A stretch of DNA of 64,000 bases, taken from assembly GCA_001831095.1 (NCBI GenBank), contig MIDP01000005.1, forward strand, positions 30,514 through 94,513, given 5' to 3'. Below, in pieces: positions 28,466 to 37,241 of this stretch. Origin of the DNA: Verrucomicrobia bacterium GWF2_51_19. Its GTDB lineage: Bacteria > Verrucomicrobiota > Verrucomicrobiia > Opitutales > UBA12508. Under the pieces are notes generated by a model. It was not told the DNA's origin, did not search any database, and saw only the letters and a list, made by a program, of their open reading frames with translations. How positions within the stretch are numbered: the first letter of the stretch is position 1; the number at the start of each line of letters is the position of its first letter. The position numbers were made by a program, and so were the translations under genes.

Positions 28466-29157
28466 TAGTGGCCGAACTCCTTGCTGTCTAGTGGGATACC
28501 TGGTGACATGGTCGCCGTCAAGGTCATACTGCAAATATATTTGCCCTTGAGGGACTCCGGACGCGCCTTGCCCATGATGTCGATCGCCTGTTTGGCGTTT
28601 TCCATCAAGGCTTCTGGCGTGAACGAACGCTTGCCGATAATGACCGACACGTTGCCCGTCTTGTCCATCTTGAACTCGACGCGGCCAGCCTTTACAGCAT
28701 GAACACCTGCGGCGATGTCATCGGTAACCGTTCCAGACTTCGGATTTGGCATCAAGCCACGCGGACCTAGGACTCGGGCGACGTTGCGGACCTCTTTCAT
28801 GGCCGTTGTCGTCGACAGAGCGACGTCAAAATCCATCCAGCCCTCTTGGACTTTTTGGATCATGTCGGCGAGGCCAGCAAAGTCGGCACCCGCTTTGATC
28901 GCCGCCTCGGGATCTTCCGTGAACACGAGGACTCGAATTTTCTTACCACTTCCATGTGGCAAGCTGACGGTACCGCGCACCATGTGCGTGCTCTGCTTGG
29001 GATCGACTCCCAAATGGGCCGAAATCTCGACCGTTTCATCAAATTTTGCTTTGGGAAACTCATTCAAGAGTGCAACGGCCTCAGTCAATGAATAGGCCTT
29101 GTCGCTCTCGACGTGCTTGATGGCTTCCCTATAACGTTTACTTGGTTTTTGTGCCAT
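28462..29157 (-). CDS. rplA: 50S ribosomal protein L1
   Basis: 231 aa. KRYREAIKHVESDKAYSL...FDETVEISAHLGVDPKQ...VRGTVSLPHG. Confidence 0.95.
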   Translation of the reverse strand: MAQKPSKRYREAIKHVESDKAYSLTEAVALLNEFPKAKFDETVEISAHLGVDPKQSTHMVRGTVSLPHGSGKKIRVLVFTEDPEAAIKAGADFAGLADMIQKVQEGWMDFDVALSTTTAMKEVRNVARVLGPRGLMPNPKSGTVTDDIAAGVHAVKAGRVEFKMDKTGNVSVIIGKRSFTPEALMENAKQAIDIMGKARPESLKGKYICSMTLTATMSPGIPLDSKEFGHY

Positions 29158-29169
29158 AGTTTGACTCCT

Positions 29170-29595
29170 TTAATCGACCACCTCTATGCCCATACTACGA
29201 GCGGTTCCTTCAACCATGCGAGCTGCCTGATTTTCGTCCTCAGCGTTGAGGTCTTTTATCTTCAGCTTGACGATTTCCTTGATCTGCTTGCGCGTTACCT
29301 TGCCGACTTTATCGCGGTTTGGAACGCCCGAGCCCTTGGGAATGCCGGCTGCCTTTTTCAAGAGGATTGCGGCCGGTGGTGATTTCAGAATGAAACTGAA
29401 GGAACGGTCTGCAAAAACGTCGATGACGACCGGCAGGATGAGTCCAGCCTGGTCCTTCGTACGCGCATTGAATTCCTTACAGAAACCCATGATGTTGACT
29501 CCATGCGCACCGAGTGCCGGGCCCACGGGGGGCGCCGGATTCGCTGCACCTGCAGGCAACTGTAAACGAATCTGTCCTATTTTCTTTTTTGCCAT
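29170..29595 (-). CDS. rplK: 50S ribosomal protein L11
   Basis: 141 aa. [36 protein letters not shown]. Confidence 0.95.
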   Translation of the reverse strand: MAKKKIGQIRLQLPAGAANPAPPVGPALGAHGVNIMGFCKEFNARTKDQAGLILPVVIDVFADRSFSFILKSPPAAILLKKAAGIPKGSGVPNRDKVGKVTRKQIKEIVKLKIKDLNAEDENQAARMVEGTARSMGIEVVD

Positions 29596-29609
29596 GATTT
29601 TTTTGACGG

Positions 29610-30188
29610 TTAGCTGTTCACGCGTTCTATTTGCCAGAACTCCAGCTCGACTGGCGTAAAACGTCCAAACATCGAAACCGAGACCTTGAGTTTTCCTTTA
29701 TCGAGGTCGATGCTTTCGATGTTGCCAGTCAAGTTGAGGAAGGGTCCGTCGATAATTTTAACGACTTCACCAACCTCATACTGAACCTTGGGAACCTCTT
29801 TACCTTCGGATCCTTTGACCTGGTTCAATATGCGATCCATTTCCTCCGGTTTTAAGGGAGCCGGGGAATCGCCGCCCACAAATCCTATAATGCCCTGGGT
29901 GTTGCGAATAAACGCCCAGACTTCTTGTAAAAGTTTACTTTCGTCGTCGTACAAGCGCGTCTCTATAAAGAGGTAGCCCGGGTAAAACTTGCGGATCTTG
30001 GCGCTCTTGCGGCCATTTTTGACCTCGGTAACCGTCTCTGACGGCATGAGGACGCCGCGAACGAAGTCTCCCATCTTTTCTATCCCTATAAATTTCTCCA
30101 AATACCGCTTCGCCTTACCCTCTTGATTGGATAAGGTTTGCACGGCATACCACCGAAATTCACTGATACCTTTGTTTGCTGACATCAA
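29610..30188 (-). CDS. nusG: Transcription termination/antitermination factor NusG
   Basis: 192 aa. [19 protein letters not shown] (NGN domain) and C-terminal KOW ([22 protein letters not shown]). Confidence 0.9.
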   Translation of the reverse strand: MMSANKGISEFRWYAVQTLSNQEGKAKRYLEKFIGIEKMGDFVRGVLMPSETVTEVKNGRKSAKIRKFYPGYLFIETRLYDDESKLLQEVWAFIRNTQGIIGFVGGDSPAPLKPEEMDRILNQVKGSEGKEVPKVQYEVGEVVKIIDGPFLNLTGNIESIDLDKGKLKVSVSMFGRFTPVELEFWQIERVNS

Positions 30189-30207
30189 AGTATTTCTCCT
30201 CTAAAAA

Positions 30208-30426
30208 TTAACCCGCCAAAGAGTGACGCACCCAAGAACAAACCAAATCGACGACCTGAAACAGAGAAAAGTCGACGATACTGATAAACGCTCCCAGGAT
30301 GATAATACCGATAATCACGACGATCGTCGAATCTTTGAGCTCTGCCTGTGTCGGCCAGGATGCTTTTTTCAATTCCCCGAGGGTTTCTCCCCAGAATATG
30401 CGTATCGATTTAAATGGATTCTTCAT
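30208..30426 (-). CDS. secE: Preprotein translocase SecE
   Basis: 72 aa from ATG 30426 (the ORF track starts 2 codons earlier at a TTG inside the repeat). GELKKASWPT...single TM. Position upstream of nusG. Confidence 0.85.
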   Translation of the reverse strand: MKNPFKSIRIFWGETLGELKKASWPTQAELKDSTIVVIIGIIILGAFISIVDFSLFQVVDLVCSWVRHSLAG

Positions 30427-30430
30427 GAGC

Positions 30431-30675
30431 AAACCTCTTCAAAAGGACCTCTAGCAGCGTTCTCCCTGCAGGCAAATTTGGCAATAAGTTCGTTATCCTT
30501 CGTGATTCGCCTATGTCACGCATTTCAATGCGCTCCAGTCGGCTCACACTCGGAAGCCTGCTTCTTGCCCCATTTGCCTGCAGGTTCGTCGTTCGGGCTA
30601 GGTCACGTACGTCAGAGTACGCTCCCGTCGCCCTCGCTCCTCGGGACCTTGCTATAGGCCATTTTGAAGAGGTTT
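30431..30675 (+). repeat. Type-B element interrupted by a nested 120-bp element
   Basis: AAACCTCTTCAAAAGGACCTCTAGCAGCGTTCTCC[insert]TTCGTCGTTCGGGCTAGGTCACGTACGTCAGAGTACGCTCCCGTCGCCCTCGCTCCTCGGGACCTTGCTATAGGCCATTTTGAAGAGGTTT. Confidence 0.85.
30465..30584 (+). mobile_element. Nested type-D MITE-like insert (120 bp), single copy in window
   Basis: Perfect 13-bp inverted termini CCTGCAGGCAAAT...ATTTGCCTGCAGG, extendable to ~24 bp imperfect. It splits the left arm of a type-B element. Confidence 0.75.
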
Positions 30676-30794
30676 GCGACTTTGATCATCAACTAGCGGT
30701 AAATTTTTAATTAACACTAACATGAATCCTTGATTATTACACCTATCGGCTTTTTATATAAGTCTTTATTGTGGATTAAGTTAGATTATGTAAT

Positions 30795-30870
<76 letters not shown>

Positions 30871-30929
30871 ATCATGCGTGGAGGAAGGAGCCTATCGACA
30901 CCCACCTTTTAAATTTCAAGTGAAGCCAG

Positions 30930-30974
30930 AAAAGCCAGCTGGCTTTTACACAAGGAAGAAAGTCAGCTGGCTTT
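30930..30974 (-). terminator. Twin palindromes downstream of tuf (candidate terminator)
   Basis: AAAAGCCAGCTGGCTTTT (30930-30947, perfect 18-nt palindrome with flanking A/T runs) and AAAGTCAGCTGGCTTT (30959-30974). Confidence 0.55.
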
Positions 30975-30989
30975 AAAAGTCAAGTATTT

Positions 30990-32183
30990 TTACTTGATAA
31001 TTTCAGAAATACGTCCGGCTCCGATGGTACGGCCACCCTCGCGGATAGCAAAACGTTGACCGGCTTCCATGGCAATCGGCTTCTGGAGGTCGAGTTCAAT
31101 ACCCAAGTTGTCGCCGGGCATGACCATTTCAACGTTCTCTGGGAGAATACAAATACCTGTTACGTCGGCTGTACCGAAGAAGAATTGCGGACGGTAGCCC
31201 TTGAAGAACGGCGTATGACGGCCGCCTTCATCCTTGGTCAATACGTAAATCTCGGCCTTGGCCTTGGTGTGAGGGGTGATGCTATTGGGCTTGGCCAACA
31301 CTTGTCCGCGCTGGACATCTTCTTTTTCAATACCGCGGAGGAGAATACCGACGTTGTCACCGGCACGGCCTTCGTCGAGGTTCTTGCGGAACATCTCGAC
31401 ACCCGTACAGATGGTCTTGCGGGTATCTTCCAATCCGACGATGGCAACTTCTTCGCCAACCTTGACCTTTCCGCGCTCGATACGGCCCGTAACGACGGTG
31501 CCACGGCCGGTGATCGAAAATACGTCTTCAACAGACATCAAGAAAGGCTTGTCGACTTCGCGTTGTGGCTCTGGAATGTCCTTATCAACGGCGGCGAGTA
31601 GGTCACCGATCGACTTAACACCCAGCTCCTTACCTTCGAGGGCGCCCAAAGCGGAACCCCGAATGATGGAAATATTGTCGCCGTCGAACTCGTACTTAGT
31701 CAGGAGGTCGCGGATTTCCATCTCAACCAGCTCCAAGAGCTCGGCGTCGTCGAGGAGGTCAACTTTGTTCAAGAAAACAACGATGTTGGGAACGCCGACC
31801 TGACGGGCCAACAAGATGTGTTCGCGCGTCTGAGGCATGGGTCCATCCGCCGCACTAACGACGAGAATGGCGCCGTCCATCTGAGCGGCTCCCGTGATCA
31901 TGTTTTTAACGAAGTCAGCGTGACCAGGGCAGTCTACGTGCGCGTAGTGACGCTTATCCGACTCGTACTCGACGTGCGAAACGGCGATAGTTACGATCTT
32001 GGACGCGTCGCGAACAGTACCACCCTTGGCGATATCTGCGTAAGACTTAATCTTCGCCAAGCCCTTTTGAGCTTGAACGTGCAGAATAGCAGCCGTTAAG
32101 GTGGTCTTTCCGTGGTCGACGTGACCGATTGTGCCGACGTTAACGTGCGGCTTTGTCCTTTGGAAGGTTTCTTTATTTGCCAT
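30990..32183 (-). CDS. tuf: Elongation factor Tu
   Basis: ORF 30990..32252 trimmed to [29 protein letters not shown]. The upstream extension overlaps tRNA-Thr. DCPGH and NKVD motifs present. Confidence 0.95.
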   Translation of the reverse strand: MANKETFQRTKPHVNVGTIGHVDHGKTTLTAAILHVQAQKGLAKIKSYADIAKGGTVRDASKIVTIAVSHVEYESDKRHYAHVDCPGHADFVKNMITGAAQMDGAILVVSAADGPMPQTREHILLARQVGVPNIVVFLNKVDLLDDAELLELVEMEIRDLLTKYEFDGDNISIIRGSALGALEGKELGVKSIGDLLAAVDKDIPEPQREVDKPFLMSVEDVFSITGRGTVVTGRIERGKVKVGEEVAIVGLEDTRKTICTGVEMFRKNLDEGRAGDNVGILLRGIEKEDVQRGQVLAKPNSITPHTKAKAEIYVLTKDEGGRHTPFFKGYRPQFFFGTADVTGICILPENVEMVMPGDNLGIELDLQKPIAMEAGQRFAIREGGRTIGAGRISEIIK

Positions 32184-32207
32184 GTTATTTTCGTGTTGAA
32201 ATCTAAA

Positions 32208-32283
32208 TGGAGCCCCCGAGCGGATTTGAACCGCCGACCTCGCCCTTACCAAGGGCGTGCTCTGCCAACTGAGCTACAAGGGC
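32208..32283 (-). tRNA. tRNA-Thr (anticodon GGT)
   Basis: Reverse complement: GCCCTTGTAGCTCAGTTGGCAGAGCACGCCCTTGGTAAGGGCGAGGTCGGCGGTTCAAATCCGCTCGGGGGCTCCA. Anticodon loop CTGGTAA, T-loop TTCAAAT. Canonical position upstream of tuf. Confidence 0.92.
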
Positions 32284-32431
32284 AAGAATCGGCCACTCTT
32301 GACGTTATCAACTCGACAAGAGCCGCCATTTGCAAAAAAAAGCATTCCACGGAGGCGTCCTATTTTTTGCAGGAGTTTTGAAATTTGCAGACATTTCTCT
32401 CCACAGTCAACTTATTTTTTAAAAAGATTTT

Positions 32432-32460
32432 AAAGACCTATGAAAAATGCGCCGCCTCAC
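32432..32460 (+). repeat. Solo terminus of A/C-type element
   Basis: AAAGACCTATGAAAAATGCGCCGCCTCAC with no matching right end nearby. Confidence 0.5.
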
Positions 32461-32517
32461 TATTTAATGCTGGACGAGAGCAATCGACTCCCTTAAATAT
32501 GACAACGAGGGATTTCT

Positions 32518-34938
32518 ATGCAATCAACACTACTATCGTCGGAAAGCAAATATTTTTGGGGTCTATTTTACCTCTGTTTAGGCGGGCTGATGGGGGCGGC
32601 GTTGTGGAACTTTGATCTATTACAGACCTTGTTTGCGACGACAGCCAAGCATCCAAGCAACATTACTGGGCTCTTGGGAAGCTACGCGGCGTTTTGGAGC
32701 TTTCGTTTCTTTGGATGTGCTGCGTGGATGTTGCCGACCTACATGATCTTTGCATCCTATGCCCTACTCTTCCGAAAGAGCCACACCCTGCGCTTTTGGC
32801 GATACGCGGCCATGTTTGTGACCGTCATCAGCTTGGCGGCGTTGGGCAACCTTTGGCAAAGCTTGTTTTTGAGCGAAAAAGCCAAGGTGTTCCTTTACAG
32901 CAGCGCTTATTCTCAGGGCCTGGGCGGCATCTTGGGCGACATTGCCCTCTATCGCGTCATTGCAAACATTGGCCTGCTCGGCACCTGCGTCCTCTACACT
33001 GTATCTTTTTGCGTATCCCTCGTGGTCTCACTCTCACCGGAAGCCACACCGCAAGCGGCCTTTGCGCGTTTTCTGAAAATGGCAAAAGTCTTTTTAACGC
33101 GAGCCACACGCGTCGCTGGAGCCTTTGGCCGACTTTCGCAGAGAGCGCTATCGGTTTTTTGGCAACAGACACAGGATAAACTCGCCCAAATTCGCGCCAC
33201 GAAACAGTCGGCGCTTCCACCTATAGAAGCTAAACAGCCGATAGAAGCTAAACAGCCGGTGTCTCTCGCGGAAAAGCCCGACAGCGACTATGCGCCACCG
33301 GATTTTCAACGAGCCGCCTCGGAGCTTTCCAAAGCCGTCTCAGAGCACTCAACGCCACTCAAAATGCTTGAAAAGCCGGTTGAGCATGTGCGCATCGAGC
33401 CTCAATCGCTCAAAATTGTCGCCGAAGAGGTCCTGGAAAAGGGCCTGGTGAATCGCCCGCAACGAGGCAATTACCAATTTCCGCCGCTCGACATCCTTAA
33501 GACGGCCCCAGAGTCCTCCAAGCCCAACACCGAAGAGCACGCGCAGACGGCACAGGCGCTCATCGACAAGCTTGAAGAGTTTGGCGTCAGCGTCTTTTTA
33601 AATGAAATCCACACGGGTCCGGTCATCACGCGCTACGAAGTGACGCCGGCAAAGGGTGTCCGCGTTGAAAAGATTGTCAACCTCGATAAAAACATCGCCC
33701 TCGGCCTCAAAGCGCTCTCGGTTCGCATATTGGCGCCGGTTCCAGGCAAGGGCTGCGTCGGCATCGAGTTGCCAAACAAGCGCCCACAGGCCGTCTGCTT
33801 GCGCGACATTTTGGAATCGAAGGCGTGGGCCGAGTCTCAGGCAGAAATTCCCATTGTTTTAGGAAAAGAAGTGACTGGAAAACCCATCGTCGCCGACCTC
33901 ACGCGCATGCCACACCTCCTCATCGCCGGCTCCACGGGCTCCGGCAAGACGGTCTGCATCAACACGATCATCGCCTCTCTGCTCTACCACTCGAGCCCAG
34001 AAGACCTCCGCTTTATCATGGTCGACCCGAAAATCGTCGAAATGAAGGTTTTCAACGACCTCCCACACATGCTCGTCCCCGTCGTCACGGATCCCAAAAA
34101 AGTACCAGGCGCGCTCAAATGGCTGATCTCGGAGATGGAACACCGCTATCAGATCTTTGCCCAAGTCGGCGCACGCAACATCGCCAGTTTCAATGCAAAG
34201 CTCAGCGAAAAGAGCAGCACGGCTGAAAAGATCGACCTCTCCCCCGAGGAACGCACGGCCCTCCGCGAGTTCGACACCGAAAAGGTCTCCGTTCCGCGCG
34301 AAAAGCTGCCTTACATCGTCTGCGTCATCGACGAGCTGGCTGACCTCATGATGGTTGCCCCGGCGGACGTCGAGTCGTCGATCACCCGACTCGCACAGCT
34401 GGCGCGAGCGGCCGGCATTCACCTCATCATCGCGACGCAACGGCCCTCCGTCAACGTCATTACTGGTGTAATCAAGGCAAACCTGCCAAGCCGTATCGCC
34501 TTTAAAGTCGCATCAAAAGTCGACAGCCGAACCATTCTCGACGGCATGGGCGCTGAAAACCTCATCGGCCGCGGTGACATGCTCTTCGTTCCACCAGGAG
34601 CCTCAGACCTCATTCGCGCGCAGGGAGCCTTTGTCTCCGATGAAGAAATCACAGCTATCGTCGAGGCCCTCAAGGTCAACGGCGCTCCACAATTTGTCGC
34701 AGAAATCCAAGATCACATCGAGTCTGAGTCTGGTGAAGACGGCCCCACTCTCGATGGTGAATGGGACGACAACCTCATTCCACAGGCACTCGCAGTCCTC
34801 AGATCCACCGACAAGCCCTCGACTTCTCTGCTACAGCGCCGCCTCAAGATCGGTTACAACCGCGCCGCCCGTATCATGGAAACCCTCCAGGCTGAGGGGC
34901 TGGTTAGCAATATCTCTGAACCTGCCAACCTACAGTAA
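32518..34938 (+). CDS. ftsK: DNA translocase FtsK/SpoIIIE
   Basis: 806 aa with N-terminal TM helices, Walker A LLIAGSTGSGKTV, Walker B YIVCVIDELADL, and C-terminal gamma winged helix (TSLLQRRLKIGYNRAARIMETLQAEGLV). Confidence 0.93.
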   Translation: MQSTLLSSESKYFWGLFYLCLGGLMGAALWNFDLLQTLFATTAKHPSNITGLLGSYAAFWSFRFFGCAAWMLPTYMIFASYALLFRKSHTLRFWRYAAMFVTVISLAALGNLWQSLFLSEKAKVFLYSSAYSQGLGGILGDIALYRVIANIGLLGTCVLYTVSFCVSLVVSLSPEATPQAAFARFLKMAKVFLTRATRVAGAFGRLSQRALSVFWQQTQDKLAQIRATKQSALPPIEAKQPIEAKQPVSLAEKPDSDYAPPDFQRAASELSKAVSEHSTPLKMLEKPVEHVRIEPQSLKIVAEEVLEKGLVNRPQRGNYQFPPLDILKTAPESSKPNTEEHAQTAQALIDKLEEFGVSVFLNEIHTGPVITRYEVTPAKGVRVEKIVNLDKNIALGLKALSVRILAPVPGKGCVGIELPNKRPQAVCLRDILESKAWAESQAEIPIVLGKEVTGKPIVADLTRMPHLLIAGSTGSGKTVCINTIIASLLYHSSPEDLRFIMVDPKIVEMKVFNDLPHMLVPVVTDPKKVPGALKWLISEMEHRYQIFAQVGARNIASFNAKLSEKSSTAEKIDLSPEERTALREFDTEKVSVPREKLPYIVCVIDELADLMMVAPADVESSITRLAQLARAAGIHLIIATQRPSVNVITGVIKANLPSRIAFKVASKVDSRTILDGMGAENLIGRGDMLFVPPGASDLIRAQGAFVSDEEITAIVEALKVNGAPQFVAEIQDHIESESGEDGPTLDGEWDDNLIPQALAVLRSTDKPSTSLLQRRLKIGYNRAARIMETLQAEGLVSNISEPANLQ
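33223..33258 (+). repeat. 18-bp tandem duplication inside the ftsK linker
   Basis: ATAGAAGCTAAACAGCCG x2, encoding PIEAKQ PIEAKQ. Confidence 0.8.
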
Positions 34939-35062
34939 AGACGGATCAAAATAGCGCAAAAATGCGTTTCGCGCTCCGCCGACTGGCTTACGTACCATCG
35001 TACGCTACGCCAGATCGTACTCGCGCAAAGCCACATTTTTGCATCTATTTTGATCCGTCTTT
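34937..35062 (-). repeat. Type-C element (126 bp)
   Basis: AAAGACGGATCAAAATAGCGCAAAAATGCGTTTCGCGCTCCGCCGACTGGCTTACGTACCATCGTACGCTACGCCAGATCGTACTCGCGCAAAGCCACATTTTTGCATCTATTTTGATCCGTCTTT. Its left terminus overlaps the ftsK TAA. Confidence 0.9.
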
Positions 35063-35085
35063 ACACTTTACGATTTGTCTAATGC

Positions 35086-35160
35086 AAGACCGATGCAAAA
35101 TGGCTCTAGAGCAAGGCCCGAGGAGCGAGGGCGACAGGAGCGTACGTTGGTACGTGACTT
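35086..35160 (-). repeat. Type-B element, truncated (one terminus plus half of core)
   Basis: AAGACCGATGCAAAATGGCTCTAGAGCAAGGCCCGAGGAGCGAGGGCGACAGGAGCGTACGTTGGTACGTGACTT, after which the similarity ends. Confidence 0.8.
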
Positions 35161-35195
35161 GAAGCGGCCTTAGCCGTTGTAAGTCGTTAATAAAC

Positions 35196-35250
35196 AAAGA
35201 CCGATTAAAAATGGCAAAGGCAGGTGGCCTACTCTTTTGCCTCTGTCTTT
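35196..35250 (+). repeat. Mini element with family termini (55 bp)
   Basis: AAAGACCGATTAAAAATGGCAAAGGCAGGTGGCCTACTCTTTTGCCTCTGTCTTT. Confidence 0.5.
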
Positions 35251-35252
35251 TT

Positions 35253-35381
35253 AAGGCCGATGTAAAAATGGATGCAAAAATGTGGCTTTGCGCGAGTACG
35301 ATCTGGCGTAGCGTACATAGAGGTACGTGAGCCAGTCGGCGGAGCGCGAAACGCATTTTGGCGCCATTTTACATCGGCCTT
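35253..35381 (+). repeat. Type-C element with variant outer termini (129 bp)
   Basis: AAGGCCGATGTAAAAATGGATGCAAAAATGTGGCTTTGCGCGAGTACGATCTGGCGTAGCGTACATAGAGGTACGTGAGCCAGTCGGCGGAGCGCGAAACGCATTTTGGCGCCATTTTACATCGGCCTT. Abuts the glgA stop. Confidence 0.85.
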
Positions 35382-36857
35382 TTACAGCGGTCTTTTAGCT
35401 GATATAGCCCAGTTGTAAATGTCGTTGTAATGCAGGGCTGATGTTTTCCAAGAAAAGTCTTTTTCCATGCACGTCTTGCGCATTTTCAAAAAGTGCTGTG
35501 GGCGGTCATAATAGGTAGAACAGGCCCAGCCTATTGAATAATAAAGACCATGACAACTGGCCTCTTCGAAGCGAAACCCGGTTCCAGAGCCGTCTGATTC
35601 GTTGTATTGATCAATGGTGTTGACTAGTCCGCCAGTCGAACGAGCCACAGGAACCGTTCCGTAGCGCATCGAATACATCTGATTGAGACCACAGGGCTCA
35701 AAGCGACTGGGCATCACAAAGAAATCAGAACCCGCCTCCATGAGGTGCGACAGGGCCTTATCGTAACCGATATAGACACCCACTTTGCCCGGATAGCGAT
35801 TGCAGAGGTCGGAGAGGTACCACTCGATGTGGTGTTCGCCAGAACCGAGCACGAGAACCTGAATCTTCATTTCAGACAACAGCCCCGGAATGATGTCGGC
35901 CAACAAGTCGATACCCTTTTGCCAATAGAGACGTGCAATGGCACAGAAAATGGGGATATGGGGGTCGACTTCGAGCCCAAAACGCCGCTGTAGGGCCTCT
36001 TTGCAGGCCGCTTTTCCAGAAAAGTCTCGAGTTGAGTAGTTGGCGGGGAGGTAGGGATCCGTCTCCGGATTCCAGCCCTGGGTGTCGATGCCGTTGAGCA
36101 CGCCAATGAGGTCGGCGCCACGAAAGTTTAGGACGGGATCTAGACCGCAACCGAACTCGGCTGTTCGAATTTCCTGAGCGTATTGTGGGCTGACGGTCGT
36201 GATTTTGTTGGCGTGATAGAGGCCTCCCTTGAGAAAATTCACGCATCCAAGGGACTCGAGGCTGTCGCTTCGGAACTCCGTTTGATGCAGTCCAGCGAAG
36301 TCCAAAATGCCCTTTTCGAAGATGCCCTGATGCTGTAAGTTGTGAATAGTGACAACGCTAGCGGTATTCTTTAAGGCCGTTTCGCGCTCGGTCGTGTTTA
36401 AGAAAACAGGAACTAGGCCGGTTGTCCAGTCGTGACAATGCATGATGTCCGGGTACCACTTAATGAAATGGCAGAGGTCGAGGGCCGCCCGACTCAAAAA
36501 GGCAAAGCGCTCATTGTTGTCGCCATGACTTCCCCATGGACCCGTATAGATCTCGTGACGCTGAAAGTACTTGTTGTATTCTAGGCAATAGATTTTGACA
36601 TTCTCGCTGCCAGGATAGCCGGTTTCCCAAACACGGCAAAAGGCTTCACCAGCCAAATTGACAATCATAGGGCCCTCTTTGGCTACCCAATCCTCATCCG
36701 GCGACATAAATCCGTAAAGGGGCATCACAACCCTCACATCTAACCCGTTTTGCCCCAGCGCCTTAGTGAGCGAACCAACCGCATCGCCCAATCCCCCAAC
36801 AGACGCAAAAGGAGCCAATTCCGGCGTCACCATCAAGACCTTTAATGTGCTTGTCAT
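35382..36857 (-). CDS. glgA: Glycogen synthase (ADP-glucose type)
   Basis: ORF 35382..36929 trimmed to M25 (MTSTLKVLMVTPELAPFASVGGLGDAVGSL...), the typical GlgA N-terminus. 491 aa. The last codons KRPL-stop are encoded by a repeat-terminus-like AAAGACCGCTGTAA. Confidence 0.88.
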   Translation of the reverse strand: MTSTLKVLMVTPELAPFASVGGLGDAVGSLTKALGQNGLDVRVVMPLYGFMSPDEDWVAKEGPMIVNLAGEAFCRVWETGYPGSENVKIYCLEYNKYFQRHEIYTGPWGSHGDNNERFAFLSRAALDLCHFIKWYPDIMHCHDWTTGLVPVFLNTTERETALKNTASVVTIHNLQHQGIFEKGILDFAGLHQTEFRSDSLESLGCVNFLKGGLYHANKITTVSPQYAQEIRTAEFGCGLDPVLNFRGADLIGVLNGIDTQGWNPETDPYLPANYSTRDFSGKAACKEALQRRFGLEVDPHIPIFCAIARLYWQKGIDLLADIIPGLLSEMKIQVLVLGSGEHHIEWYLSDLCNRYPGKVGVYIGYDKALSHLMEAGSDFFVMPSRFEPCGLNQMYSMRYGTVPVARSTGGLVNTIDQYNESDGSGTGFRFEEASCHGLYYSIGWACSTYYDRPQHFLKMRKTCMEKDFSWKTSALHYNDIYNWAISAKRPL

Positions 36858-36919
36858 CGACTCTAAAAAAAGAGTTTTTTCAAAAAGGTCAAAGTGATTC
36901 ACGCTTTTTCGTGTACCAA

Positions 36920-36935
36920 CCTCAATCATTAGCGA
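36920..36935 (-). promoter_or_regulatory. 16-nt motif TCGCTAATGATTGAGG 62 nt upstream of glgA, right half of a TTAGCGA-N-TCGCTAA palindrome
   Basis: It matches 38108..38123 upstream of glmS exactly, in the same orientation and at a similar distance relative to each ATG. It is followed after 17-18 nt by TGAAT in both cases. Confidence 0.45.
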
Positions 36936-37241
36936 AAAACAAGTCCTATCGATTGCGTTCCATCGCTAATTGAGTCCTGCATGGTCATGAGTGTTTTAAG
37001 TTAAATTTCACCCAATGGTGGAATCGACTTTCTGAATTTTTAACCGGTCCGCGGTGAGTGCCCCTAAAGAAGTACTAACTCACTTCAACTCTGCGTGTGA
37101 CAACACGCTCTGGATGTGCCGTTAGAGAGCTCGGCTGGTCTTGGGAGCTGTTTGTGGCGCACTCATTCTACATCCGAGAGCGAATTTTGCTGATTCGATG
37201 GCCTCTGCGAGACGCCATCGACTGTACGCCTCACAATGCGT

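Noticed and set aside
1428-30675. Regularly recurring repeats separated by unique sequence, superficially like a CRISPR array.
   Set aside because: The repeats are 50-190 bp imperfect palindromes of several types and both orientations. The sequences between them are essential genes of 0.2-4 kb, and no cas genes are present.
30990-32252. Longer N-terminal extensions offered by the ORF track for tuf. Similar extensions are offered for rplB (to 12845), rplW (to 13476), rplO (to 4933), rpoC (to 22759), glgA (to 36929), rpsD (to 842) and nuoH (from 62635).
   Set aside because: The extensions run into tRNA-Thr or into repeat elements. The internal Met gives the canonical family N-terminus, in several cases with a Shine-Dalgarno-like sequence.
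36858-37241. Possible tmRNA, RNase P RNA, SRP RNA or 6S RNA in the long non-coding gap.
   Set aside because: By eye I found none of the following: the RNase P GAGGAAAGTCCGGGC-type P4 sequence, the SRP GGAA/AGCAGC domain IV motif, or a tRNA-like T-arm plus ACCA end with a tag ORF. It is kept only as a low-interest unclassified structured region.
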